From Eledone cirrhosa (Eukaryota), in NCBI GenBank assembly GCA_964016885.1, contig OZ024742.1, positions 118,916,001-118,980,000 of the forward strand: DNA of 64,000 nt, given 5' to 3'. The stretch's first letter is position 1, and the number at the start of each line of letters is the position of its first letter. Shown one piece after another: positions 13,251 through 27,250 of the stretch. The notes under the pieces are model-generated. The model did not search any database. It saw nothing but the letters and a program-made list of their open reading frames with translations, and was not told the origin of the DNA. A program made the position numbers and the translations under genes.

Positions 13251-15285
13251 TCACTCAACAGAGGCACCAGTCATCTAAGTTCACAACAGTATGGTAGATA
13301 AAGCAATTAAGAATATGGCAACAGGGAAGGTAGCTGGACCATCATATCTAGTTACTGAGATACTTAAAATATTTGGCATCATAAGTCATAAACTAATCAC
13401 AGGTAGCACAGGATTGTGCCAAACCCAATGACTAACATCGCAGCAGCATTGTCAACAGCTACAAAGGCAAATGAGACACTAGAAAGAGTAACTACAAAAG
13501 GATTAAGTTGATGGACTGGTCATGAAACTTTCTGAAAGAGGTACAGCAGAACTGGTTAAGGACAGAATTACCTAGTTTGGCTTTGTGCCAAGGAAAGGTA
13601 CTATCAATGATCTCTTCCAAGTGAAATAAATGCAAGAGAAGTACATAACTAGGAGTAAACCTTTGTATCTAACATTAATCAACCTGGAAGAAGCCTTTGA
13701 CAAGGAGCCACGATCTGTAATCTGGTAGTCACTAAGGCAACTAATGGTAGATAAATGATTTATGAGGGCTATGCAAGCCATATTCAGAAGAGCAGTCAGC
13801 AATGTCAGAAAGTTAGCAATGAGTATAATGTTGAATTTAACATGCAAATAGAAGTCCACCAAGGCTTAGTTCTCAGACCCCTTTTGTTTATCATAGTTAT
13901 ACAGGCAATAACAGAGAAGTTTAAGACCAGTTGTCCATGGAAAACACCTATATAAGGATGACCTAGTTCTTATAGCTGAATCTGTAACAGAATAGACGAA
14001 TTCCAGACATAGAAGCAAAAATGTTAGAAAGTAGAAAAGACAACCTTCATACTCTCAGAGAAGTGGCTATGCTAAATATGCAGAAAAAGGGTATGGTGTA
14101 TCAGGTGTAGAGTACAGATGCACTAAAGATATGGGATCACAGGTAGGCTTAAGAAAGAAGGTAGACTTTGTATGTGGCAGATGCACAGAAGTACCAAGAG
14201 CACATTAGAAATTGATTCTTTTAAATGTTCAGACAGCACCCTAGGAGTTAATAGCTTTTGTTATCATCGTCATTTTTACGTCCATTTTTCCACACTTACA
14301 TGGATTGGACAGGTGTTTCTCAACACAACATCTCTCCACTCACCGAGTTTCTTTGTCATCTCCTCTGTGAGTCTTAGCAATTTCAGGTTAGCTTTCATCC
14401 CCTCTCCCCAGGTCTTTTTCAGTCTACCTCTACTGTGGCTTCCATCCACTGGGATTTCCTGACACTTCTTCACCCAGCAATCATCAACCATGCACATCAC
14501 ATATCTATACCAATTAAGTCTTCTCTTTAGCACACCACCTTGGATTCCTCTTAAACCCAGCTTCTACCTAAGTTCATCCAAGCTCTGCCTTTCTCTCACA
14601 TTTACATTGCACATCCAACAAAGGATGGATGCTTCGTTTCTCCCCAATTTACACGTCTTCTGCAGTCACTGCCCATATTTCACTATTATGCAGTATTGTG
14701 CTTCTCCGACAAGTGTTATACAGTTGTCCTTAGGTAACCTAATTAACAGTGGAGGTGGGTGTTTCAAAAGCACAATAGCTAGAGTAAGAACAGCTTGGAA
14801 AAGTTTATGGAGCTGTTACCTCTGCTAGTAATAACATTTCTCTCTGAGTGAAAGGTAAACTGTATGATGCTCGTGTAGAAAATGCAATGCTGCATGGTTG
14901 TGAGATGTGAGCCTTTGATACAAAGGATTTGTGAAAACTAGAAAGAAATGAAGCAAGCAAGCTCCTGTGAATGTACATGATAATGTACATGAACAACAAA
15001 ACATAAATGAGCTTGTAGTGTGCAAGAGAGAAGACTGCACTGGTACAAGCACCTGGGGGTGTATGGAAGATTAGAGTTGAGTAAAGAAGTGTAGGGCAAT
15101 CATAGTGGATGGGACCTGTGGAAGAGGTAGATCCAGAAAAATATGGGATGAAGTGGTGAAGGGGATGAATCTCGAGGGCTGAGAAACATGAAGGAGATGA
15201 CAAAGGACCATAATCATTGGTGGCATTCAGTACTAGAGAAAACTTGTCCACCCAAATAAGCATAGTGAAATGAATGTTAAGATAG
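13250..15285 (+). mobile_element. Degraded RTE LINE, interrupted by an opposite-strand RTE 3' fragment at about 14264-14728
   Basis: 'VHQGLVLRPLLFIIVIQAITEKFKTSCPW' (13755..13955); host reads ..SFCY|LGN..SGGGC across the insertion; the insert ends in a CATCGTCAT tail on the minus strand. Confidence 0.85.
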
Positions 15286-17137
15286 TAGTGGTTTTAAGAG
15301 AGGCAGGGTGGTATAATACATCTACATTTGGGTTTATCAAACAATATGTCTCTCTTAACCCTTTAGCATTTACATTACTCTATATTTACTATTGTATTTT
15401 CCCAGAAACACTTTATTTCACACAATTATCTCACATAATATCAAATCTACAAGATTTTCATATTATTCATTTTGAGAACAATACTTTAACATCAGTATCA
15501 GCAGCCGGTTATGGATGGTTTGAACAGAAAGAGGTGAGAGAATTCTGGCCAGATACGGCCAGTTTAAATGCTAAGGGGTTAAGTCTCCATCTACTGTCCT
15601 TCACCCCACCCCATCCCACATTTTTGATACCCTCTTATTTCTTGATCACCCATCACTATCACAATCCATCAGTTTCTTTTTTTTCTCAGATAAACCCAGG
15701 GTTTACAAATATATACAATATACAAAGAAAGCACTACTAGGCACTGTACACATGTTATATCACATATTATATCACATACAATAGAAAATACAATGCAAAA
15801 CAAAACATTGCATATACACAAAACACAGAGAGATTAGTAGTGCAGTAAAAAAACAACAACTATGCAATAATATTGATGATGATGATGATGATACTAGTTT
15901 AGGCACAAGGCCAGTGATTTTGAGCAAATGGTGAAACTTGATTAAATTTACCCCAGTACTTGACTGGTACTTTATTTGATCAATCTTGCAAGGATAAAAA
16001 GGTAAAGCTGACCGTGGCAGGATTTGAACTCAGAATGTAATGAGCCATAAAATATTTTCTCTGACAATCTAACGACCCTGCCAAGTCAGTAGAGTGAAAA
16101 TACCACAAAACCCATCACATCAAAAAAATCAAATATAATATTACAGTAAATGAAATACAAATAAAAGGAAAAAGAAGAAAATTGACCAGGTGTTACCACT
16201 TAACCGAGTGATCTGGGTACTTTTTAGTGTAACACCAGCATTACCACTTTACAGAGTGAACTGGGTGTTTTTCATCATGACATCAACATTACAGTGTGGG
16301 CTGGGTATATCTTATCGTGGCAAAAGCACTGTACCATTATAACAATAGAGGACTACTTTGGACGGCACCATTACTGCTGCCTTCCTGCCTTCAAATTTGA
16401 TTATCTTTTGGGCTTGAACCAATATAGAGTTTTCGTTTTCCAGTATTAAAGAAAACATTTCTGTTTTATTTACATTCACAATGGCTGAAAATGTTTTTGT
16501 TGTCATGTTGTTGTTTTATGTACTTATTAATTTTTTCATTGGTTTTGTTGTTACTGCTGTAGATTTTGTCAATGCTGTTGTTGTTTTTGTTGTTTATGGT
16601 GTTGCTATTATTTGTATCAATGTTTTTTGTTGTAGTTGTGGTAATATTGCTGGTGGTAGTATTGTTGGTTTTGGCTGTGCTTACAGTTATGGCAATGTGG
16701 GTGGCAGTGTTCATGGTGACAGGTCTTGGCAGTGGTGGGAATTCAAGTTCATGCATACCTCCTGCTGCACGTGATTATTGGTTTTGGTTGTTGTTGTTGT
16801 CATGACTGCTGTTGTTACTGTTGGTGTTGTTGTTGTCACTGTTGGCAGTGTCTGAAGTAGTAATGTTGGTGGCCAGTTAGCTGTTCTGTCAGTGGAGGAA
16901 ATTTTGTCTGCCATCTTGTTTTGACAAAAGAATGAGGGGGTATGTTTGGAAAACAAACACAGGTTTAGCCCCTAAGGGATACAGGGAAAGAAAAGCTAAT
17001 CAGCTCACAAGGATACTAGGTAGTTTAACTTGAAAGTAATATTAAATATTCCTAACACTGGAATAACAAGAAACTTATGAGAGTGATCTGCAACACATTG
17101 GTGAAAAAAATAATAATAGCAATAATGATAATAATAA

Positions 17138-18620
17138 TTCCAGCATTAAGTTATGATCTCAGGAATTTTCTAGTGTGACTTTTCCCTTCATTTCTTTGCT
17201 AAGTACCTCGTCACTCTGAAGTATTCTGAGGTACTTGTAACTTTCTATCTTCCAAATACTAAATAACTTCATTGTTGGGTAATTGAGTGAAGGCTCATGG
17301 CTTAGTGGTTAGAGCATTGGGTTTGTATTGGAAGGTTGTGAGTTCGATTCTTGGACCGGGTGATGCATTGTGTCCTTGATCAAGACACTTTATTTCACGT
17401 TGTTCCACTCAGCTGTATAAATGAGTTGTGATGTCACTGGTGCCAAGCTATATTGGCCATAGCCTTTCCCTTGGACAACATTTATTGCGTGCCTCAGAAG
17501 GAAACTTTCTAGGTGCAAATCCCATGGTCATTCGTTTACCCAGGTAATTGAATATTCTCTGAGCTGACCTTTTTTCCCCTCACAATTTTAACTATAGCAC
17601 ATTTATCTATCCCAAATTCTATGCCAATGCCCACACTAAACATTGCTATTGTTTGGGCCAATGAATCTATTTTGTTCATGTTTTTTCCATATAACTTAAT
17701 GCTGGAAACACGATAACAGCAATGAACTTCAGAATGGGATTATAATAAGATATGATGTTGGAATCATTGATTGGACTGTTGATGAACTGAAGAACATAGA
17801 TAGAAAAACAAGAAAGATGTTGAATATAAAATGAGCTTGCACCCCAGGTTGATGTTGATTGACTCTATATGAAAAGAACAGAAAGTGGGAAAAAACTGAT
17901 CAGCAGTAAGGAGGGAACTTTAGTTGAGAAAGAAAGCTTGAGTGAATACAAAAGAAAAAAATCAAGAGAAGTTATTAAAGAAGGTCTGAAAGGAAAGGAT
18001 CTACAATGGAAAGGGTGTATCAAAGGAAGCAGAACTAGCTACAGAATAAATCACCAGATTTGAAGCAAAATCCTTGCATTCAACCTATGATAAGAAGAAG
18101 ACAAGAAATGTTTGAAACTATAAAGGTATGTGGACATGATTACAAAGAGGATATCTGAAGAAGGAAACAGAGGGTTTGATTATGGCAGCCCAGGACCAGG
18201 CGATAAGGACAAATTGGATCAAAGTCAATTTGAATAGGGTGATCACATCACCACTTTGTAGAATGTGTGGAAAAGTGAATGGGACAATTAACCATATTGT
18301 TTCAGAATGCTCACAACTGGGTCTGAAGGACTATAAAACTTGGAAACATGATAAAGTGGCAGCAGTAATATATTAGAAACAAAGATTATTCACAACAAAC
18401 CAGATACAGTGTTGATAATCAAGGGAGAAAAGAAGTGTTTTATGGAGGATGTAGCTTGTAGAATAAAGGATAAAGTAAAAGAGACAACTACTACAATGAC
18501 TTCAAATATAAAATTTTGAAAGTATGTGGTACTGATAATTATAGGAACACTAGGATGTGGAACAGACATTCTTGCTAAAAATTTGCAATAAATTGGATTT
18601 GATCTTGGTATAGAGCCTGG
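17138..18620 (+). mobile_element. R4/Dong-like LINE relic (restriction-like endonuclease class) with inverted 5' segment (17138-17700)
   Basis: 'AAQDQAIRTN..CRMC..TINHIVSECS.L...Y...HDKVA..I', 'NKPD'; inverted part encodes 'IKLYGK..FGIDKCA' and 'YKYL'; (TAA)n-like runs nearby on both sides. Confidence 0.8.
17287..17542 (+). mobile_element. tRNA-derived SINE family B with 9-bp TSD GGTAATTGA
   Basis: A-box TGGCTTAGTGG, B-box GAGTTCGATTC; TSD at 17278-17286 and 17543-17551; related copy at about 29735-30010. Confidence 0.82.
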
Positions 18621-20464
18621 CACTGTTGGAATAATCAGAAAAGTGATGGATACCAGCGAGAAGAACAGAAAGCAATTCTTATTATCTTAAGCTCTGAGAT
18701 TTGAACCTGATGGTAAGAAGAACAATACCAGTAGTTAACATCAACACTGTGCAACAATAATAATAATAATAATAATAATGATGAGTGATAATGACAATGG
18801 TTGGTGATGATGATAAAAATAAGATTTCTTTTCAGCAACAGTTGATTGAAATATTCTAGAATGTTACTGGTATCTATTTTATTGAACTCAGAAGAAAGAA
18901 AAGATCAAATCTTCATGGAATATGAAAACAAAACAAAATTTAGTCTGTTGCTCTGATGTCTCAGCCATTTCCAATAATAGTAATATTGATTTCTTACATT
19001 GAAGAACTGTTGCAAACAACTGAATTTATCCCAGTATATAACTGGTACTTATTTTATTCATTATGGAAGGATGAATGGAAAAGTGAACACAAGTGCTAGT
19101 TAAACTAATAATTGTTTCTACTTTAGGCACAAGGCCAGCAATTACCCAGTACATTACTTGTTAAATTAATAATATAGAGAAAGAAGACTAAATACTGTAG
19201 GGTGCTCTAATGCTTTGTGAATTCATAAACTAATTAACGATGATGATGATGATAATTGAGGTGGGAAGGTTAGGTAGTTTGTGTAGTTGAGATAGGATGA
19301 TTTTGAAGCAAGCACTTGTTGCCAAAACACTAAATTTGAAGTGAATACTTGATGCCAGGAATAAAATACTGAATGAAAATGACCAAATATCTGACAGTCT
19401 CAAGCTAAAAATAGACTGGATATATTTAGGAATAAAACAACTTATTTACTTGCTGTTAAAACATTGTTAGTAAGAAAATGAATTATTACATTTGTTTCCT
19501 AAACTCATTTATTTTATAATTCTATTTTCCATCTCTCCCTTTTCTGTCTCTTTTTCAAGATAATTATCATTGTCATCACCATTATCATCATGTCTATTAC
19601 AAGAACAATAATGATTTCTTATGTTTGGCACCAAGTGAAACAGTGGTGGTAGGGCACAGTTAAAGAAACTGTCGTACATAACTGGTAGTTATTTTATTGG
19701 CACTCAGGAGTCAATACAACTGAGATTGGAATTCAAAGTGTAAAGGAATAGAATTAAATTGCAAAACATTGAGTCTGGTACTTTACTAATTCTGCTGGCC
19801 CCTTAACAAAACCAACAGTGATTTCTGGGAGTGGGGTGGGGGTCTAAATGGCCAAAGACAGATATAGTGAAAGTAAAAGTAAAGGACCCTTAACACCTGA
19901 TAGGGTTGTAGGGGTGGAGAGAGAGAGACACTGTCAGTACTGGACTGATACTTTATTTATTGACCTCAAGAAAATAAAAGCAAAGATGACTTCGGTGGAA
20001 TTTGAACTCAGAACACAAAGAGCTGGAAGAAATACTGAGGCATTTTTATTCTGATGTTTTAACAACTCTTTGCCAATTCAATTAGGCAAAATAGAAAAGA
20101 AAACAACTATAAAAAAAACATTAAGTAAAAAGGTGAGATCAATAATAAAAATAATAATACAAAACAAGATGTGCCCCCTACCCTAGCCTATTGAGAGGTC
20201 AAGTAGCCCCACTTGAGTATTTACTCAATCAGTGAAGGACCGTCCAAGCATTGCTAGCAAGGAAAATGAACATTAAATAATTGTTTCTACGTTTGGCACA
20301 AGGCCAGCAATCACCCAGTGTATTACTGCTACTTTATTTTATCGACCCGCCCTGTAAGGATGAAAGGCAAAGTTAACCTTGGCGGGATTTGAACTCAGAA
20401 TGGCAAGGGCCATAACTCTATGCATCAAAGCATGGCGTCCGACCCTCTACCGATACTGCCTAAA

Positions 20465-20710
20465 TAATGATGATAAGGGTGATGATGATAGTGATGATGA
20501 TGATAATGATGATGGCATTGATGATGATGATGATAATGATGATGGCAATGGTGATGATGATGGTGATGATGATGATGATGATGCTATAATGATGGCAATG
20601 ATGATGATAAGGGTGATGATGGTAATGATGTTGATGATGATAATGATGATGCTGGCAATGATGATGGTGGTGATGATGATGATGACGGTGGTGATGATGA
20701 TGATGATGAA
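20465..20710. repeat. Imperfect (GAT)n microsatellite
   Basis: Directly visible. Confidence 0.95.
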
Positions 20711-21082
20711 TGTGCGTGTGAGACCTCCATTGGTTCTGATGATGAGTGCTCCAGTTGATTGATCAATGGAACAGCCTACTCATAAGATTAATGTGCAAGT
20801 GGCTGAGTATTCCACAGACACTTACATCGTTATAATGTAATTCTCAAAGAGAGTCAGTGTGCCATGGCTGGTCATTAAATTACAGGTACAATCAAAGAGA
20901 GTCAGTGTGTCATGGCTGGTCATTAAATTACAGGTACAATTCATTTGGAATCATGCCACAGTGTGTAATACACCAGAGAAGGACAACTGCAACTGAATCT
21001 GTCAACTATAGATCTATCACTCTCCCTCCCAAACTATGGTGATTGGAATAGTAGTTACCAATTACTTTCTCAGTAACTCCCA

Positions 21083-21780
21083 GTATAGCTGTCATAGAGC
21101 CAGTCTTACGCAGAGCCACCATGTTCCCACAGACTCTCTCGTATAGCTGTTATAGAGCCAGTCCTAGTGCAGACCCATCATATTCCCACAGACTCTCTCG
21201 TATAGCTGTCATAGAGCCAGATCTAATGCAGACCCACCACATTCCCACAGACTCTATGTTGTATAGTTGTCATAGAGCCAGTCTTACACAGACCCACCAC
21301 ATTCCCACAGACTATGTTGGACAGCTGTCATGGAGCCAGTCTTACACAGACCCACCACATTCCCACAGACTATGTTGGACAGCTGTCATGGGGCCAGTCT
21401 TACACAGACCCACCACATTCCCACAGACTCTGTTGTATAGCTGTCATAGAGCCAGTCTTACACAGACAGACCCACCATATTCCCACAGACTATGTTGGAC
21501 AGCTATCATAGAGCCAGATCTAAAGCAGACCTACCATGTTCCCACAGACTGTCATATAGCTGTCATTGAGCCAGATCTAATGTGGACACATCATGTTCTG
21601 ACAGACTCTATGTTGTATAGCTGTCATACAGTCAGACCTAAAGCAGACCCACCACATTCCCACAGACTCTATATCAAGTAGCTATCATAGAACCAGGCGT
21701 AATGCAGACCCACCACATTCCCACAGACTCTGTCGTATAGCTATCATAGAGCCAGATCTAATGCAGACCCACCATTTTCT
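21083..21780. repeat. About 59-bp tandem repeat, about 12 diverged copies
   Basis: Unit GTATAGCTGTCATAGAGCCAGTCTTACACAGACCCACCACATTCCCACAGACTCT..; CCCACAGACT recurs every 58-62 bp. Confidence 0.93.
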
Positions 21781-21789
21781 CTATATCTT

Positions 21790-23982
21790 TCACCATGTTC
21801 CCTCACAGACCTACACTCCAATGTTACTGTCACTCACCATGTTCCCTCACAGACCTACACTCCAATGTTACTGTCACTCACCATCTTCCCTCACAGACCT
21901 ACACTCCAATGTCAGTCACTCACCATCTTCCCTCACAGACCTACACTCCAATGTCACTGTCACTCACCATCTTCCCTCACAGACCTACACTTCACTGTCA
22001 CTCACCATGTTCCCTCACAGACCTACACTCCAATGTTACTGTCACTCACCATGTTCCCTCACAGACCTACACTCCAATGTTACTGTCACTCACCATCTTC
22101 CCTCACAGACCTACACTCCAATGTCAGTCACTCACCATCTTCCCTCACAGACCTACACTCCAATGTCACTGTCACTCACCATCTTCCCTCACAGACCTAC
22201 ACTTCACTGTCACTCACCATGTTCCCTCACAGACCTACACTCCAATGTTACTGTCACTCACCATGTTCCCTCACAGACCTACACTCCAATGTTACTGTCA
22301 CTCACCATCTTCCCTCACAGACCTACACTCCAATGTCAGTCACTCACCATCTTCCCTCACAGACCTACACTCCAATGTCACTGTCACTCACCATCTTCCC
22401 TCACAGACCTACACTCCATTGTCACTCACCATGTTCCCTCACAGACCTACACTCCAATGTTACTGTCACTCACCATGTTCCCTCACAGACCTACACTCCA
22501 ATGTTACTGTCACTCACCATCTTCCCTCACAGACCTACACTCCAATGTCAGTCACTCACCATCTTCCCTCACAGACCTACACTCCAATGTCACTGACCAT
22601 CTTCCCTCACAGACCTACACTCCACTGTCACTCACCATCTTCCCTCACAGACCTACACTCCACTGTGTGTCACCATATTCCCTCACAGACCTACACTCCA
22701 TGTCACTCACCATGTTTCCTCACAGACCTATACTCCACTATCTGTCACCATGTTCCCTCACAGACCTACACTTCATGTCACTGTCACTCACCATGTTCCC
22801 TCACAGACCTACACTCCAATGTCACTGTCACTCACAATCTTCCCTCACAGACCTACACTCCATTGTCACTCACCATGTTCTCACACAGGCCTACACTCCA
22901 CTGTCACCCACCATGTTCCCTCACAAACCTACACACCAATATCACTATCACTCACCATGTTCCTTCACAGACCTACACTCCAATGATACTGTCACTCACC
23001 ATGTTCCCTCACAGACCTACACTCCAATGTTACTGTCACTCACCATCTTCCCTCACAGACCTACACTCCAATGTCACTGTCACTCACCATCTTCCCTCAC
23101 AGACCTACACTTCACTGTCACTCACCATGTTCCCTCACAGACCTACACTCCACTATGTGTCACCATATTCCCTCACAGACCTACACTCCATGTCACTCAC
23201 CATGTTTCCTCACAGACCTATACTCCACTATCTGTCACCATGTTCCCTCACAGACCTACACTTCATGTCACTGTCACTCACCATGTTCCCTCACAGACCT
23301 ACACTCCAATGTCACTGTCACTCACAATCTTCCCTCACAGACCTACACTCCATTGTCACTCACCATGTTCTCACACAGGCCTACACTCCACTGTCACTCA
23401 CCATGTTCCCTCACAAACCTACACACCAATATCACTATCACTCACCATGTTCCTTCACAGACCTACACTCCAATGATACTGTCACTCACCATGTTCCCTC
23501 ACAGACCTACACTCGACTGTCACTCACCATGTTTCCTCAGACCTACACTCGACTGTCACTCACCATGTCCCCTCACAGACCTACACTCGACTGTCACTCA
23601 CCATGTCCCCTCACAGACCTACACTCGACTGTCACTCACCATGTTCCCTCACAGACCTACACTCGACTGTCACTCACCATGTCCCCTCACAGACCTACAC
23701 TCGACTGTCACTCACCATGTTCCCTCACAGACCTACACTCGACTGTCACTCACCATGTTCCCTCACAGACCTACACTCGACTGTCACTCACCATGTCCCC
23801 TCACAGACCTACACTCGACTGTCACTCACCATGTTCCCTCACAGACCTACACTCGACTGTCACTCACCATGTCCCCTCACAGACCTACACTCGACTGTCA
23901 CTCACCATGTTCCCTCACAGACCTACACTCGACTGTCACTCACCATGTCCCCTCACAGACCTACACTCGACTGTCACTCACC
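21790..23982. repeat. 38-44-bp minisatellite with higher-order structure
   Basis: Core CACTCACCAT(G/C)TTCCCTCACAGACCTACACT; 212-bp pentamer, then a duplicated block, then a homogeneous 38-mer. Confidence 0.96.
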
Positions 23983-23989
23983 CTTAAGA

Positions 23990-25100
23990 AGTTCTCCAAA
24001 AGCAATGTCTTTTCTTTCTATATCAACAAAACAATTAGTAATGTCTGGTATGGGAATTTCTGGCTATACTGCCTATTTATAGACTCTATCTATCTCCTAC
24101 CTGTTGGGTTGGAAGCTTCCTAATAGAATGAACAAACACAGTATGTCCTGATGCAACTTTCTGAAGTAAACTCTATCAAATCTTCTTTGTCTCAAGTTTC
24201 GTTTTTGTCAACCATTCTCTTCTACCTATACATCAATGACCTACTTGATCTAACCCTGTTCACACTTATGCAGATGATACCACTTTTTATTCCTCTCCTA
24301 ATCTTCTGCACATCCGTTTAATCTATACAGCCTACATCAAACCTACACTGCTGTCATGAACAAAGGGTGCAAAAACGTTTCCAACAGGAATATGATAATC
24401 CTGTCACTTTGAACAGCATAGAAACACAACCAAAGCCTAAAGAAACAATCTTGTACCCCTTCCTCTCTAGTTTTGAATAACATGTAACCAAAACCCTCAA
24501 AATTACTAGAAATGCTTGGTTCCACAGTCCTTGATGATCTTTCCTGGTGAACTCATATTCTTATAACAGATAAACTGTGTCCCAATAAGTAGCTTTCTAT
24601 TTCAGATCCAGCAAATAATTGAGTCCTTAACAGTTACTGACTCTACACAGCTGTAGTGAGACCCACAACAGAATACTCCATTATAATCTGGGGTAGTGAT
24701 GCTGTTAATCACACAAATACACTGTCATCCCACTCATTAACAGTCATATATACCAATTAACTTTAACCTCTTGACCACAGATATGCTGTCTCATCATTCT
24801 GCTTATCATACTTTTACTAGAATGGCCTCTACCTTTCAGAACTAGCTCATATACATCCATCTCATATACTCATCACTGATCCTCTTGCCACTCATAACTT
24901 ATCTTGTTTTCCAGGTCCTCTACTAACTAATATTCTAAATCCTTTACCCACAGAATATCACCTATCTCGGACCCTTAGCCACTCACGTTTTTTTCTGTCA
25001 GTGTTGACTTTAAACTGAACATGAACCGTATCAATCTCATTAGTCTTAAAGGGCCTTCGAGGGGATAGTCCCTACCTCCTAGCTAAGTCATTAGAAACAA
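23990..25100 (+). mobile_element. Degraded CR1/Jockey-like LINE 3' portion
   Basis: 'LF.LYINDL..YADDTT' RT remnant at about 24215-24285; many stops and frameshifts. Confidence 0.65.
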
Positions 25101-26848
25101 ACAAAATGATATATTTATATTTTGCTTTTCACATTTTATATGGCTGTTGTTTTAAATTTTCAGTCTGTAAAATATATTTTCCACTAGCGTCGACTTGATT
25201 TAAAATAAAATAAAATATGCAAAAATGGAAACTTAACATAAGAGCAAGTTATGCTATCATTATCAACGGAGTAGTATCTTAGTGTATGAAATCTTTTCAC
25301 AATTACAGATTGATCTTTCATCTGTTGAAGCAGTTTATAACTATTTTTTCTGCACAATCATCAAACTATTCACAAGTAACAGATTCAACCTTTTAATTCA
25401 ACAAGTCAAGGTTACAAGTAAAACCAAAGAATAAAGTGAAGAAATAAACAAACAAATCCCAAACATTTTAATAGGCAACTTTAGCCATTTCTTCGGAAAA
25501 TATTTCTTGAGGTGTCCAAAAAACTGAATTTAGAATTAACTCCTTTTTTCTTTTTCCTTTTATGTTTTACTATAAAGCATTCGCAAATTTTATACTGGTG
25601 ATACTTATTTAACATAACTCAATAAATATTTTAGTCAATGATTTTAAAAATTAGCATTTAAGAAATCTTAGTCAATCCAAAGAACTGGCTCTTAATGATC
25701 TCACTATTAATTAAAAGAGTATTGATTCGAAATTAAATGATGCAATGATGCAACTGCACCCACATCCTCGCCTGTTAACAAGTGAAAATAATTTCATCGA
25801 CCCAAACAAAATCCATGCATGCTTCAACTGGACTAGGAAAGGATTTTTAGAATGATTATTTATTTACAACCTTAAGATATTCAAGGATAACAAGAAAACA
25901 ATGGATATTGTGAATGGTATTCTATAATAATATGTAGTTTATTCAAAACTCCGATAAATGATGTCCCGTTAAATGTTAATGTCACAACGTCTTTTAAACT
26001 CTGTTACATAGAGAAAAAAAACCCAAAGAGTAGCAGAGATACACATAAAACAAATATTAAAGGTAACTTATTCCAAATTGATGTTACTAAGACTTAGATT
26101 AAATTGTTGGGAAATAGACTTGTTAATGACAGAGAAGCTAGTCCCGAGGATTTGAAAAATAGTTTTCACTGAAGTGGTAGCGTAAATACAGAATTACGTA
26201 AATCATTGAATATTTGATATGGTCAGGTAAATATCTGATGGTGGCTGTTAGGGTAGTCGTGAAAATATTGTTTAGTGTAAATTGAAAGTTGGTGAAGAGA
26301 GGACAGGGCACACAAAAGGTGAAGTTTATATAGATAATTCAGGAAAGCACACTAAGTAGGATATTGTTTACTTGGATATCGAACAATCATTGTCAATTGA
26401 ATAATCATAACATTTAACTAGAGTAGCTTCAAAGGTGACAACTTAATACCTTTTATTCTTAAAAATACTATTTAAGGCATCAACCTAAATATTTTCAACT
26501 CTGAAATATATCTTAACACTCCCCGTAAATCTACAGAGATATTTTCTTAAGAGATTCGAAGAAAAACATTGTTATTATTATTATTTTCTGATTTCACATC
26601 CAACCAAGATTCGTTTTGCCTTTCATCCTTACGGGATCGGTAAAATAAAGTACCAGTGACGTACTAGGTTGAATTATTCGACTTTCCCCTCCCTAAAATT
26701 GTTGGCCTTGTGCCTAAATCAGAAACCATTATTATTAGTGTCAGTGTTAGTTGAATAAATCCCGAACATAAATATCATGCAGTGAATGAATGAAACATGT
26801 TATAATGATGACGTTTCTGTGAGAAAAAAGTAAATCATTTGGGCTTAC

Positions 26849-27250
26849 CTTCAAGTAAACATAGCAGTAAATAACTGTAGCATCAATGAAAAATGAACAG
26901 ATCAATCGAGAGTTTTCATTCGAGATAATTGATGAATGAAACGAAGTAGCTAAAACCTGAATATCGATTTATTCGCTGCTTGATAATAAACGTTCTTAAA
27001 AACATATATTTTCTTCGGGGTAAGTCAACCACCAAAATTCTGACCTTAATGTAAACAGAGTAAAAACATGAAAGCAGCCGGGAATGTACGTTGTTATTAT
27101 TAGTATAGGGTACAAGCACCTTTCTCCGTTATGGATGCTGCTGGCCTCCTGCCACCAGCTTTCAATTATATTCTCTTCCTAACCCCCCCGCACATCGATT
27201 CCTTCTATGCTCTCTCCAACATTAGAAATATAGAAAGTCACGTGAAATGT
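26849..27250 (-). promoter_or_regulatory. Candidate non-coding first exon / promoter region of the UNC-93-like gene
   Basis: Repeat-poor, relatively CpG-retaining stretch; AAG|GTAAGC donor at 26848; GTCACGTGA E-box at 27237-27245; no transcript evidence. Confidence 0.25.

Noticed and set aside
17287-17365. tRNA gene-like A and B boxes (also at about 29735, 40675 and 12060)
   Set aside because: These are SINE heads: they continue into SINE core and tail, one has a TSD, and no complete cloverleaf is evident.
20379-20766. Poly-Asp/poly-Met ORF
   Set aside because: An antisense SINE followed by a (GAT)n microsatellite.
21790-23982. CRISPR-like look (constant core with variable intervening sequence) and long ORFs of 243-730 aa
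   Set aside because: The intervening segments are short and related to each other, not unique spacers; there are no cas genes and the context is eukaryotic. The ORFs are open in several frames only because the unit lacks stops.
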